From contig CAMTVO010000039.1 of assembly GCA_947085205.1 (NCBI GenBank), forward strand, positions 1 to 28,921: a stretch of DNA of 28,921 nt, given 5' to 3'. The notes beneath the pieces were generated by a model that had not been told where the DNA came from, did no database searches, and saw only the letters and a program-made list of their open reading frames with translations. Shown one piece after another: positions 7,922 through 17,125 of the stretch; position 1 is the stretch's first letter, and each line of letters opens with the position of its first letter. Both the position numbers and the translations under genes were made by a program. Source of the stretch: an uncultured Nitrospiraceae bacterium. Its GTDB lineage: Bacteria > Nitrospirota > Thermodesulfovibrionia > Thermodesulfovibrionales > Dissulfurispiraceae.

Positions 7922-8902
7922 ATGATGCGCTTTACCAAAATCATCAATTCCTTTAAAAACAAAAAAATACTAATCATCGGCGACCTGATCCTCGACCGTT
8001 TCATCTACGGGAAGGTGAGCAGGATATCGCCTGAGGCGCCTGTGCCTGTTGTCGATGTCATGAGCGAGTCTTTCCTGCTCGGAGGAGCCTCAAATGTAGC
8101 GAACAACATCATTGCCCTCGGAGGAAATGTCTCCATCGCGGGAATTGTCGGAAAAGACACTGCAGGAGGGATTCTGAAGGAGCTCTTTGAAGACAGGAAT
8201 ATCAATACCGAAGGCATGATAGAGGACAAAAGGCCTACAACCGTTAAAACAAGGGTCATAGCCCACAGCCAGCAGGTGGTCAGATTCGACAGGGAAGACA
8301 GAAAAAGGCTTGAGGGGAAAAATCTCGAAAGTCTCACAGGCTATATCAAAAGGGCAATAAAAGAGCATGATGCAGTAATTATTTCGGATTACAAAAAAGG
8401 TGTTGTATCTGCGTCTCTCGTAAAAAGTATCGTCAGATACGCAAGACCGCACAATACCTTTGTTGCAGTAGACCCGAAGGTAGGCCATTTCCATTTTTAC
8501 AAAAATGTCTCTTTAATCACCCCAAACATCATAGAGGCATCTCAAGGCTCCGGCGTAGAAATTAAAGATGAACAGAGCCTTCTCAAGGCAGGAAAGACCC
8601 TGCTGAACAGATTGTCATGCAAATTAGTTCTTATTACCCGCAGCGAAGAAGGCATGAGCCTATTTGAAAAAGATGGCTCAAAAGGGATTAAAGTGACACA
8701 TATTCCGACTGTCGCTAAAAAGGTATTCGATGTTACCGGAGCCGGCGACACCGTGATTGCAGCGTTTACACTTGCTCACGCTGCCGGTGCATCCCTTGAA
8801 GATGCAGCCGCCATCGCCAATCACGCTGCGGGGATAGTTGTGGGAGAAGTTGGCACGGCAGTAGCCACTCCCGAAACGCTTCTTAAATCGTTAAGTTGCT
8901 GA
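7922..8902 (+). CDS. rfaE1: D-glycero-beta-D-manno-heptose-7-phosphate kinase (stand-alone HldA/RfaE1)
   Basis: RISPEAPVPVV, GGASNVA, SDYKKG, DVTGAGDT PfkB signature; no adenylyltransferase domain. Confidence 0.92.
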   Translation: MMRFTKIINSFKNKKILIIGDLILDRFIYGKVSRISPEAPVPVVDVMSESFLLGGASNVANNIIALGGNVSIAGIVGKDTAGGILKELFEDRNINTEGMIEDKRPTTVKTRVIAHSQQVVRFDREDRKRLEGKNLESLTGYIKRAIKEHDAVIISDYKKGVVSASLVKSIVRYARPHNTFVAVDPKVGHFHFYKNVSLITPNIIEASQGSGVEIKDEQSLLKAGKTLLNRLSCKLVLITRSEEGMSLFEKDGSKGIKVTHIPTVAKKVFDVTGAGDTVIAAFTLAHAAGASLEDAAAIANHAAGIVVGEVGTAVATPETLLKSLSC

Positions 8903-8906
8903 AAGA

Positions 8907-9028
8907 TTGTCATACGGCAGGCAGGTGAATGACTTTAAAAGATTTACATTAAATTAGATAAAGGCAGGACAGATAAATAATAAGACTTTGTCGATTATAA
9001 AGGCATGAACCTGTCTGTCATATGACAA
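8907..9028. repeat. 122-bp imperfect inverted-repeat element (MITE-like or structured RNA)
   Basis: TTGTCATACGGCAGGCAGGT (8907-8926) matches the reverse complement of 9009-9028 (TTGTCATATGACAGACAGGT) at 17/20; pairing continues inward (ATG-A-CTTTA / TAAAG-G-CAT). Confidence 0.7.
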
Positions 9029-9044
9029 AGAATTAAGAGGAAGT

Positions 9045-10070
9045 ATGCCTAAAGCAATTGCATTATACTCAGGAGGTCTTGACAGCACCCTTGCCATATT
9101 GGTTGCCATGAGGCAGGGGATAGAGGTTACTGCAATCACATTCCTCACACATTTCGGATGCGACATTTCAGACAAGTCGTCATGCTCTAAAAATCCATTC
9201 GCCGCTTCTGAAAAATTCGGGTTTGAGGTCAAACTCTGCCATTTAGCTGATAAATTCATAGAGATAGTGAAAAATCCGAAATTCGGTCACGGCAAAAACA
9301 TGAACCCTTGTATTGATTGCAGAATCCTCATGCTGAAAGAAGCAAAAGAGCTAATGGCAATGCGCGGAGCCGATTTTATCATCACAGGAGAAGTCCTTGG
9401 ACAGCGACCCATGAGCCAGAGGAGGGATACATTTCCGAGGATAGACAGAGAGGCAGGACTGGGGGGCTATGTATTAAGGCCTCTCAGCGCAAGGCTTTTA
9501 AAACCAACCATTCCGGAACAGTCAGGAATCGTGGACAGGGAAAGGCTCTGCAATTTTCACGGCAGGTCGAGAAAGCCGCAGATGGCTCTTGCAAAAGAAT
9601 TGGGACTGACGGAATATCCTGCTCCTGCAGGCGGTTGCCTGTTGACAGACCCTCTCTATTCTTACCGTCTAAAAGAATTTCTGAAATATAACCCGTCGCC
9701 TTCTGTGAAAGACATAAATCTCCTGCGTGTCGGCCGCCATTTCAGAATCTCCGATAACTGCAAGATAATCGTAGGAAGGGATGAGAATGAAAATAATACG
9801 ATTGAGGCATTGGCTGAAAATAGCGACTACCTTTTAAGGGTGGATGGTTTTGGAAGCCCTTTAACGATTATCTCCGGGAATATCTCTGATAAAGCCATAG
9901 AACCGGCTGCATCGATATGCGCACGATATTCAGATGCGAAACGGCTGCCGGAAGTTGATGTAACCGTGTCAGGCAATGGATTGAATTATGCAATTAAAGC
10001 AAGCCCTGCAACGGATGTTGTCTTAAACACATTCAGGATTCAGCAAGCCGAACCCCTAAAACAGAGATAG
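9045..10070 (+). CDS. PP-loop ATPase, ThiI/MnmA-like putative tRNA thiolation enzyme
   Basis: SGGLDS PP-loop, NPCIDC, TGEVLGQRPMSQ, PAGGCLLT, C-terminal GRHFR...IVGRDENEN domain. Confidence 0.8.
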   Translation: MPKAIALYSGGLDSTLAILVAMRQGIEVTAITFLTHFGCDISDKSSCSKNPFAASEKFGFEVKLCHLADKFIEIVKNPKFGHGKNMNPCIDCRILMLKEAKELMAMRGADFIITGEVLGQRPMSQRRDTFPRIDREAGLGGYVLRPLSARLLKPTIPEQSGIVDRERLCNFHGRSRKPQMALAKELGLTEYPAPAGGCLLTDPLYSYRLKEFLKYNPSPSVKDINLLRVGRHFRISDNCKIIVGRDENENNTIEALAENSDYLLRVDGFGSPLTIISGNISDKAIEPAASICARYSDAKRLPEVDVTVSGNGLNYAIKASPATDVVLNTFRIQQAEPLKQR

Positions 10071-10102
10071 AAATTGTACAGGAAATAAAAATAAAGAAAA
10101 AT

Positions 10103-10187
10103 AAAGGGGACGGTTCTAATTAAAGAAAGGTAATAAATCTGAGAGGACTAATGGTGAATTATATAGAAAAATAGAACCGTCCCCTTT
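10103..10187. repeat. REP/REPIN-like perfect 16-bp inverted repeat with 53-nt spacer
   Basis: AAAGGGGACGGTTCTA (10103-10118) ... TAGAACCGTCCCCTTT (10172-10187), between convergent genes. Confidence 0.85.
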
Positions 10188-10235
10188 CCCCCCTTTTCCC
10201 ACTTTTACATAGACTTAACCAATCGTTTCCCACAT

Positions 10236-11099
10236 CTACAGCCTTACCGCTACACCCTTTGCCTTAAGATATTCTTTAGCCTCTCTGATTGTGTATTCCC
10301 TGTAGTGAAAAATTGATGCTGCAAGGACTGCGTCTGCCTTTCCGTGAACAACGCCTTCATAGAGATGCTCAAGATTTCCCACGCCGCCCGATGCAATGAC
10401 AGGAATGGAAACGGCTTCAGCAATATAGCGCGTAAGCTCTAAATCATATCCGTCCTTTGTCCCGTCCCTGTCCATGCTTGTAAGAAGGATTTCCCCAGCA
10501 CCAAGTTCTTCCATGTATTTTGCCCACTCTACTGCATTAATGCCTTTGGGGTTTCTGCCTCCGTGGGTATAGACCTCCCATAAACTCGTAGGACCTGATG
10601 CGTGAGGCGTAATGAGTAATCTCTCACTGAGTTCTTCTGACGATCTCAGCCACTCGGGGACTTCATCAGGATTCCTGATCTCAAACCTTGAGTCATGAAC
10701 CCTCTTTGCGTCAATAGCCACCACTATGCACTGACTGCCAAACCTCTCTGCAGCGCGGCTTATGAAATAGGGGTCTTTTACAGCAGCGGTGTTTATGGAA
10801 ACCTTATCGCATCCTGCATTGAGAAGATCCCTGATGTCTTCAAGGTTTTTAATTCCGCCACCCACTGTTAAGGGCATAAAGACATCAGTCGCAGTCTTTT
10901 CAACAACATCAAGGATTATCTTTCTCTTTTCATGAGATGCAGTAATATCAAGGAACACAAGCTCATCAGCGCCCTGCTCGTCATAAAATATGGCGTTCTC
11001 AACAGGATCGCCTGCGTCCCTCAGATTAACAAAGCTTACACCCTTTACAACTCTGCCGTCTTTAACATCAAGGCATGGTATAATTCTCTTAGCCAACAT
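10236..11099 (-). CDS. hisF: Imidazole glycerol phosphate synthase cyclase subunit HisF (with an expanded, 40-aa loop)
   Basis: [54 protein letters not shown]. Confidence 0.96.
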   Translation of the reverse strand: MLAKRIIPCLDVKDGRVVKGVSFVNLRDAGDPVENAIFYDEQGADELVFLDITASHEKRKIILDVVEKTATDVFMPLTVGGGIKNLEDIRDLLNAGCDKVSINTAAVKDPYFISRAAERFGSQCIVVAIDAKRVHDSRFEIRNPDEVPEWLRSSEELSERLLITPHASGPTSLWEVYTHGGRNPKGINAVEWAKYMEELGAGEILLTSMDRDGTKDGYDLELTRYIAEAVSIPVIASGGVGNLEHLYEGVVHGKADAVLAASIFHYREYTIREAKEYLKAKGVAVRL

Positions 11100-11100
11100 T

Positions 11101-11826
11101 TTACAAACCGCCCTCTGTCATCTTTATTGCGTCTTTCAAATCAATCGCCCCTGAATATATTGCCTTTCCTGTAATCGCACCCCAAAGTCCTTTTATCTCT
11201 GACAACCTATTTATGTCGTCAATTGATGATATTCCTCCTGATGCTATGACGGGAATTTTCAAGTTATTAACCATCTCCCTTGTGGCTTCTATATTAGGCC
11301 CTGTCATCATTCCATCTTTAGAGATGTCGGTATAGATAATTCCTGCAGCGCCGTAGTCCTGCATCTTTAGTGCAAGCTCCTTTGCCTTAACACGAGTAAC
11401 CTCTACCCACCCCTTGACTGCAACAAGCCCATCCTTTGCATCAATGCCGACCAAAATCTGTCCCGGATATTTTTTGCAAGCCTCTTTTACAAGCTCAGGT
11501 TTTTCAATTGCAACCGTGCCGAGTATAATCCTGTTGATTCCGATGTAAATTAGAAGGTCTATTCTTTCCATATCCCTTATGCCGCCGCCGACCTCTATCT
11601 CCATCTTTACTGATTCCCTGATCTTGCGTATGCCCTCGATATTTTTCTGATTTCCTGTGAATGCGCCGTCAAGATCGACTATATGGAGAAGCTTTGCACC
11701 GCATGATTCCCAGTTCTGTGCTGTTGATGCAGGGTCGTCTGAATAAACAGTTGAGTCTTCCTTTCTTCCCTGAAGAAGCCTTACGCAGAGCCCGTCCTTT
11801 AAATCTATTGCAGGAATAATAATCAT
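11101..11826 (-). CDS. hisA: ProFAR isomerase HisA
   Basis: Start moved to MIIIPAIDL (ATG 11826); [31 protein letters not shown]. Confidence 0.96.
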   Translation of the reverse strand: MIIIPAIDLKDGLCVRLLQGRKEDSTVYSDDPASTAQNWESCGAKLLHIVDLDGAFTGNQKNIEGIRKIRESVKMEIEVGGGIRDMERIDLLIYIGINRIILGTVAIEKPELVKEACKKYPGQILVGIDAKDGLVAVKGWVEVTRVKAKELALKMQDYGAAGIIYTDISKDGMMTGPNIEATREMVNNLKIPVIASGGISSIDDINRLSEIKGLWGAITGKAIYSGAIDLKDAIKMTEGGL

Positions 11827-11831
11827 AGGGT

Positions 11832-11840
11832 AATATAACA
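11832..11840 (-). promoter_or_regulatory. Extended -10 element, probable leaderless hisA promoter
   Basis: TG-T-TATATT, then 5 nt (ACCCT), then ATG; no SD. Confidence 0.5.
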
Positions 11841-11871
11841 GAAAGCGTTTCAGATTTTCAGGACATGACAT

Positions 11872-12597
11872 ATGAAATTTAGATTTTTGCTTTTTGCTTT
11901 TTTTCTATACATCTGCGCTGATGCCTCTGCCTTCGATATCCCTGAGAAGCTCCAGTATGACCTCACATGGGCCGGAATAAAAGCAGGAGAATCTGTGCTT
12001 GAGGCAAAAGATAATGGTTCGTATATACAACTAATATCAAAGGCAAACTCGGCAAAATGGGTATCCATCTTTTATACCGTGGAAGATACCGTAGTCAGCA
12101 CCCTGAAAAAAGAGCGCTTCAGAAATTTTGTAGGGATTCCCCAAAACTATAGAATAAAACTAAGGGAAGGAAAGCACAGAAGGGATAAAGAGGTCATATT
12201 CGACTATGCAGCAAAAAAAGCCATCTATATAAATCATCTGCACAACGAAAAAACAAGCTTCACCATAAATAATTCGACTCTTGATCCGCTATCCTGTTTT
12301 TATTATGTCAGAAAACTTCCGCTTGAAGTGGGTAAGTCGGTTTTTATTGATGTTTTCGATGATAAAAAGCTCTACAAGGCAGAAATACGGGTTCTCAGGA
12401 AAGAGACCATAGAAACGCCACTCGGCACATTCAAGACCATCCTCATAAAGCCAATCATGAAATCTGAGGGCATCTTTTACAGAAAAGGCGATATCCTCAT
12501 CTGGCTCACCGATGACGAAAAAAAGATTCCGGTTATGCTGAAGACCAAAGTTCCGGTAGGGTCGGTAAAGGCAGTGCTCGCGAGCGGGAACCATTGA
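11872..12597 (+). CDS. Secreted DUF3108-type protein
   Basis: Signal peptide ending ASA; PEKLQYDLTWAGIKAG, TLDPLS, ETIETPLGTF and IWLTDDEKKIPV motifs that I recognise as typical of DUF3108. Confidence 0.75.
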   Translation: MKFRFLLFAFFLYICADASAFDIPEKLQYDLTWAGIKAGESVLEAKDNGSYIQLISKANSAKWVSIFYTVEDTVVSTLKKERFRNFVGIPQNYRIKLREGKHRRDKEVIFDYAAKKAIYINHLHNEKTSFTINNSTLDPLSCFYYVRKLPLEVGKSVFIDVFDDKKLYKAEIRVLRKETIETPLGTFKTILIKPIMKSEGIFYRKGDILIWLTDDEKKIPVMLKTKVPVGSVKAVLASGNH

Positions 12598-12628
12598 TTC
12601 TCGCATCAGTCGGGGCAATGTTGTGTGA

Positions 12629-12657
12629 TTGACACTGATATAAGGTTCTGATATATT
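12629..12657 (+). promoter_or_regulatory. Distal sigma70 promoter (P1) upstream of dnaJ
   Basis: TTGACA (12629-12634), 17 nt, TATATT (12652-12657) with extended -10 TG. Confidence 0.6.
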
Positions 12658-12694
12658 TTGCACATGGAACCGGGGTGAATATAGGTAAAGACAA

Positions 12695-12772
12695 TTCAGG
12701 GCAAAGTGGGGAATGATAGAGCATATCAATTTATTGAAAGAACAAGGACTCCCAATTTCCAAAAATACTTGA
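12695..12772 (+). pseudogene. Possible fragment of a HicB-like antitoxin gene
   Basis: Translates as FRAKWGMIEHINLLKEQGLPISKNT*, resembling the C-terminal helix and 'G.P[IV]P' end of the HicB core; the upstream part of the gene is missing. Recognised from memory, not searched. Confidence 0.45.
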
Positions 12773-12797
12773 CAAACTATGACTAAAGTTTTATTAT
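12768..12797 (+). promoter_or_regulatory. HAIR-like HspR operator overlapping the proximal sigma70 promoter (P2) of dnaJ-hspR-clpB-hsp20
   Basis: CTTGACA-N7-ACTAAAG (12768-12788) versus HAIR consensus CTTGAGT-N7-ACTCAAG; TTGACA (12769-12774), 17 nt, TATTAT (12792-12797). Confidence 0.72.
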
Positions 12798-12818
12798 ATG
12801 AGCAAATAGAGGTGGGCG

Positions 12819-13901
12819 ATGACTACGGCAGTAAAGGACTATTATCAGATACTCGGCATCAGCAAAGACACATCTCAGGATGACATTAAGAAGGCTTACA
12901 GAAAGCTTGCGAGAAGGTATCATCCAGACTTGAATCCAGGGGATAAGACTGCCGAGGAGAAATTCAAAGATATAAACGAGGCCTACGCAGTGCTTGGCGA
13001 CCCGCAGAAGCGTGCAGAATATGACAGGGCAGGAACGACCTTTGAGCAATTTGGCGGATTTGAAGGATTCAAGGGCTTTGATTTTGGCGAGACCTTTGAC
13101 TTCGGAGATGTCTTCGGAGACATATTCGGCACAAGATTCAGGGCAGAGCCTCATTATGCAAGGGGCGAGGATATATTCATGGGAGTCGAACTCACCCTCG
13201 AAGAGGCATTTACAAACATAACCAGACCAATAAACATTACACGGACAATCAATTGCGATAAATGCAATGGCAGCGGAGCAGAGTCTTTCCAGACATGCAC
13301 TACATGCAGAGGAGCAGGAAAAATCCAGACATCGAAGGGCTTTTTCAAGATTGCCCAGACATGCCCCGAGTGCCGCGGGACAGGAAGAAAAATTACATCC
13401 GTATGCAAAAAATGCGGCGGGAGAGGGAAGACGGTTTACACAGAGGTATTAAAAGTAAAGATTCCGGCAGGCGTTGATAACGGCTCTATAGTGAAACTTA
13501 AAGGAATGGGCAATGCAGGCATAGGCGGAGGGCATGCAGGAGATTTATTGCTGGAAGTCAGCATTAAGCCGCATCCGATATTCAAAAGAAAGGGCGATGA
13601 TATATACGTGCAGCTTCCTGTAACCTTCGGCGAGGCAGCGCTCGGCGCAAAAATAGAAGTGCCTACCATTGACGGCGCTGCTGTGATGAAACTTCCTCCC
13701 GGAACTCAGGGAGGGCAAAGGTTCAAGCTTTCGGGAAAGGGTTTCGTTTCTCCCAAATCTAAACACAGGGGAGACGAATATGTGGACATAAAGATAGTCG
13801 TTCCCACAGACATCCCTGAAAAGGCAAACGAGGCAGTTAAGGTTATAGAATCCCTTTACAAGGAGAGCCCAAGAAAAGGGATGCCAGGGAGGAGGCAATA
13901 A
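12819..13901 (+). CDS. dnaJ: Chaperone DnaJ (class A, Zn-finger)
   Basis: J-domain with HPD, G/F region, four CxxCxGxG repeats, C-terminal domain. Confidence 0.93.
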   Translation: MTTAVKDYYQILGISKDTSQDDIKKAYRKLARRYHPDLNPGDKTAEEKFKDINEAYAVLGDPQKRAEYDRAGTTFEQFGGFEGFKGFDFGETFDFGDVFGDIFGTRFRAEPHYARGEDIFMGVELTLEEAFTNITRPINITRTINCDKCNGSGAESFQTCTTCRGAGKIQTSKGFFKIAQTCPECRGTGRKITSVCKKCGGRGKTVYTEVLKVKIPAGVDNGSIVKLKGMGNAGIGGGHAGDLLLEVSIKPHPIFKRKGDDIYVQLPVTFGEAALGAKIEVPTIDGAAVMKLPPGTQGGQRFKLSGKGFVSPKSKHRGDEYVDIKIVVPTDIPEKANEAVKVIESLYKESPRKGMPGRRQ

Positions 13902-13906
13902 AAACA

Positions 13907-14257
13907 ATGGTCAAAAAAAGAGAAGACAAAAGCAGGCCTATGTATATGATAAGTGTCGTCTCAAGAATACTTGAGGTGCATCCCCAGACATTGAGGATGT
14001 ACGAGCGTGAGGGATTTGTCTCTCCGCAGAGGATAAACCAGCAGAGGCTCTATTCTGATGAGGATATAGACCGTTTGAATTTGGTTATTAATCTCACAAA
14101 AGATCTCGGCGTAAACAAGGCAGGCGTAGATATAATACTGCGAATGAGAAATAGGATGGAGTCCATGCAGCGAGAGATGCGCGAAATGATGCGGTTCATG
14201 GAAGAAGAGATGCGGCGCGACTTTGAAGATAGATTAAGAAGAATATTTGAAGAATAG
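13907..14257 (+). CDS. hspR: MerR-family heat-shock repressor HspR
   Basis: YMISVVSRILEVHPQTLRMYEREG, RLYS, LGVNKAGV; located between dnaJ and clpB. Confidence 0.88.
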   Translation: MVKKREDKSRPMYMISVVSRILEVHPQTLRMYEREGFVSPQRINQQRLYSDEDIDRLNLVINLTKDLGVNKAGVDIILRMRNRMESMQREMREMMRFMEEEMRRDFEDRLRRIFEE

Positions 14258-14334
14258 GCAAGAGGCAATAGGCGATAGGCAATGAATAGAATTAATTTTT
14301 CCCCTGTAGCCTATTGCCCATTGCCTATTGCCTT
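14254..14334. repeat. Inverted pair of heptamer arrays (ATAGGCA)x4 / (TTGCCTA)x4
   Basis: ATAGGCA AGAGGCA ATAGGCG ATAGGCA (14254-14281) ... TAGCCTA TTGCCCA TTGCCTA TTGCCTT (14307-14334); the first unit contains the hspR stop. Confidence 0.9.
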
Positions 14335-14351
14335 AAATGATTGGAGGAAAC

Positions 14352-17000
14352 ATGAGATTGGATAAATTAACGGTAAAAAGTCAGGAGGCATTGCAGGAAG
14401 CTCAGGGGATTGCCGAGAAAAAGGGCAATCAGCAGCTTGATGTGGAGCATCTCCTGTATGCGCTCCTTGAGGATGAAGAAGGCATAGCATACCAGATACT
14501 CAGGCGGCTCGGAGTGGACATAAATGCATTAAAGGCGGACATCGATAAAGAGATAGAAAAGTTCCCAAAGGTTTCAGGTGCGACTCCGCTCGGACAGGTT
14601 TATATAGCGCCGATGTTGAAAACCGTCTTGGAAAAAGCCTTTGAAGAGGCAACGCATCTGACGGATGAGTTCATCAGCGTGGAGCATCTGCTGCTTGCGG
14701 TAGTGAACAGCTACGGCACTGCATCGGAGATTCTTAAGAGGAACGGCGCAACGTCCGAGAATGTTTTATCCGCAATGAGGGAGATAAGAGGAGTGCACCG
14801 CGTAACAGACCCTAATCCCGAAGAAAAGTATCAGGCAATCGCCCGTTATGCAAAAGACCTCACAGAACTCGCAAGAAAGGGCAAGCTCGACCCTGTAATC
14901 GGCAGGGATGAAGAAATTAGAAGGGTAATGCATGTGCTCTCAAGGAGGACAAAAAACAACCCTGTGCTCATAGGAGATCCCGGAGTCGGCAAAACAGCCA
15001 TTGCAGAGGGCCTTGCCCAGAGGATAGTTGCAGGCGATGTGCCTGAAACATTGAGGGACAAGCGTTTGATAGCCATTGACATCGGTAGCCTCGTTGCCGG
15101 TTCTAAATACAGAGGAGAATTCGAAGAGAGATTAAAGGCGGTATTAAAAGAGATAGAGCAGTCAGAAGGGAAGATAATAACCTTCATCGACGAGCTTCAT
15201 ACCCTCGTCGGAGCCGGCGCCGCAGAGGGCGCTGTTGATGCAGCTAATATGCTTAAACCCGCCCTTGCAAGGGGAGAATTAAGATGCATCGGAGCGACAA
15301 CGGTCAATGAATACAGAAAACATATAGAAAAAGACCCTGCCCTCGAAAGAAGGTTTCAGCCTGTTCTTATAAAAGAGCCTTCTGTTGAGGATACAATTTC
15401 CATTCTAAGAGGGCTTAAGGAAAGATACGAAGTGCATCACGGAGTGAAGATTAAGGACTCTGCATTGATAGCTGCCGCCGTTCTTTCACACAGGTATATT
15501 ACAGATAGGTTTTTGCCTGACAAGGCAATAGACCTTATTGACGAGTCTGCTGCAAGGCTCAGGATGGAGATAGACAGCATGCCTGTAGAGCTTGACGAGA
15601 TAGAGAGGAGATTGAGGCAGCTTGAGATAGAAAAGCAGGCATTGATGAGGGATGACGGCTCTATTGATGCTCAGGAAAAGCTCGGCAAATTATCCAAAGA
15701 GACGGCGGAGCTTCAGGCAAAGAGAGATGTATTAAGGGCGCAGTGGCTGAGCGAAAAAGAGGTAATCCAGAAAATCAGGGATATAAAAGAGCAGATAGAA
15801 AAAACAAAGATAGATTCCGAAAGGGCTGAAAGAGAAGGAGACCTCACAAAAGCTGCTGAGCTCAGATACGGACGCTTGCTCGAATTCCAAAAAGCTCTCG
15901 AAGAAGAGAATGCAAAATTGCAGGAGACACAGGCAAAAAGGAAAATGCTGAAAGAAGAGGCTGACGAAGAAGACATTGCAGAGGTCGTATCAAAATGGAC
16001 AGGAGTACCTGTCTCAAAGATGCTCGAAACAGAAGTCCAGAAACTCATTCACATGGAAGACAGGCTGAAACACAGGGTGGTCGGTCAGGATGAGGCGATT
16101 ATTGCTGTCTCCAATGCTGTCAGGAGGGCAAGGGCAGGGCTCCAGGACCCGAACAGACCCATCGGCTCATTCATCTTCCTCGGCCCTACAGGCGTAGGAA
16201 AGACAGAGCTTGCAAAGGCCCTCGCAGAATTTCTCTTTGATGATGAGGCTTCAATGATAAGGATTGACATGTCCGAGTATCAGGAGCGGCATACGGTATC
16301 ACGTCTTATCGGAGCGCCTCCGGGATATGTGGGATATGAAGAAGGCGGACAGCTTACAGAGGCAGTAAGGAGAAGGCATTATTCAGTAATACTCTTTGAC
16401 GAGGTTGAAAAAGCGCATCCAGAGGTATTCAACATACTTCTCCAGTTGCTTGACGACGGGCGCTTAACGGACGGGCATGGCCGTACAGTGGATTTCAGGA
16501 ATACGGTAGTCATCATGACATCGAACATCGGGAGCGCTCATATTCAGGAACTCCTTGAGGAAAGAGCAAAAAGGACTGCTGTTCACTGGAGCGGCGATAA
16601 TGAGAGGGAATTAAAGGAGATGGTAATGGAAGACCTGAAGACATTCTTCAGGCCGGAATTCCTCAACAGGGTTGATGAAATAATAATATTCAATCCGTTG
16701 AGCGAGGAGCTGCTTAAGCAGATTGTCGAGATTCAGGTGGCAAGGATGAAGAAATACCTCCACAAAAGGAAGCTTGATATTGTCCTTACCGAAAATGCAA
16801 AAGAGTTCATTGCAAGGGCTGGATATGACCCTGTCTATGGAGCAAGGCCGCTCAAACGGGCTATCCAGAAGGAGATACTCAACCCCCTTGCGCTGAAGCT
16901 CCTTGACGGCACATTCAGGGAAGGAGATATTGTGGAGGTGGATTATACGACTAACAGGATGGTATTCAGTAAAATGGCAGTTGCTGAGGCTGTATCATAG
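14352..17000 (+). CDS. clpB: ATP-dependent disaggregase ClpB
   Basis: Start at MRLDKLT (GGAGGA SD); Clp N-repeats, two AAA+ modules ([16 protein letters not shown]), long coiled-coil M-domain, GAPPGYVGY. Confidence 0.97.
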   Translation: MRLDKLTVKSQEALQEAQGIAEKKGNQQLDVEHLLYALLEDEEGIAYQILRRLGVDINALKADIDKEIEKFPKVSGATPLGQVYIAPMLKTVLEKAFEEATHLTDEFISVEHLLLAVVNSYGTASEILKRNGATSENVLSAMREIRGVHRVTDPNPEEKYQAIARYAKDLTELARKGKLDPVIGRDEEIRRVMHVLSRRTKNNPVLIGDPGVGKTAIAEGLAQRIVAGDVPETLRDKRLIAIDIGSLVAGSKYRGEFEERLKAVLKEIEQSEGKIITFIDELHTLVGAGAAEGAVDAANMLKPALARGELRCIGATTVNEYRKHIEKDPALERRFQPVLIKEPSVEDTISILRGLKERYEVHHGVKIKDSALIAAAVLSHRYITDRFLPDKAIDLIDESAARLRMEIDSMPVELDEIERRLRQLEIEKQALMRDDGSIDAQEKLGKLSKETAELQAKRDVLRAQWLSEKEVIQKIRDIKEQIEKTKIDSERAEREGDLTKAAELRYGRLLEFQKALEEENAKLQETQAKRKMLKEEADEEDIAEVVSKWTGVPVSKMLETEVQKLIHMEDRLKHRVVGQDEAIIAVSNAVRRARAGLQDPNRPIGSFIFLGPTGVGKTELAKALAEFLFDDEASMIRIDMSEYQERHTVSRLIGAPPGYVGYEEGGQLTEAVRRRHYSVILFDEVEKAHPEVFNILLQLLDDGRLTDGHGRTVDFRNTVVIMTSNIGSAHIQELLEERAKRTAVHWSGDNERELKEMVMEDLKTFFRPEFLNRVDEIIIFNPLSEELLKQIVEIQVARMKKYLHKRKLDIVLTENAKEFIARAGYDPVYGARPLKRAIQKEILNPLALKLLDGTFREGDIVEVDYTTNRMVFSKMAVAEAVS

Positions 17001-17024
17001 CGGGTCTTTGACCCCTTAAAAATT

Positions 17025-17108
17025 GCGTTATAGAGTTATAGCGTTATTGAGTTTTGGAGTTAGTAGTTTCGCATGACGCTCAACGCTTAACGCTTAACGC
17101 TATAACGC
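17025..17108. repeat. Inverted pair of octamer/heptamer arrays
   Basis: GCGTTATA GAGTTATA GCGTTATT GAGTTTTG GAGTTAGT (17025-17064) ... TCAACGC TTAACGC TTAACGC TATAACGC (17080-17108). Confidence 0.88.
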
Positions 17109-17125
17109 TAAAGCAGGAGGACAAC

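Noticed and set aside
8890..8930. rfaE1 ending in Cys-TGA followed by a hairpin, as a second selenoprotein
   Set aside because: The kinase domain is already complete, and the downstream structure is a long-range inverted repeat rather than a compact SECIS with a G-containing apical loop.
14254..14334. Repeat arrays (here and elsewhere) as CRISPR
   Set aside because: Units are 7-8 nt and contiguous, with no unique 30-40 nt spacers and no cas genes.
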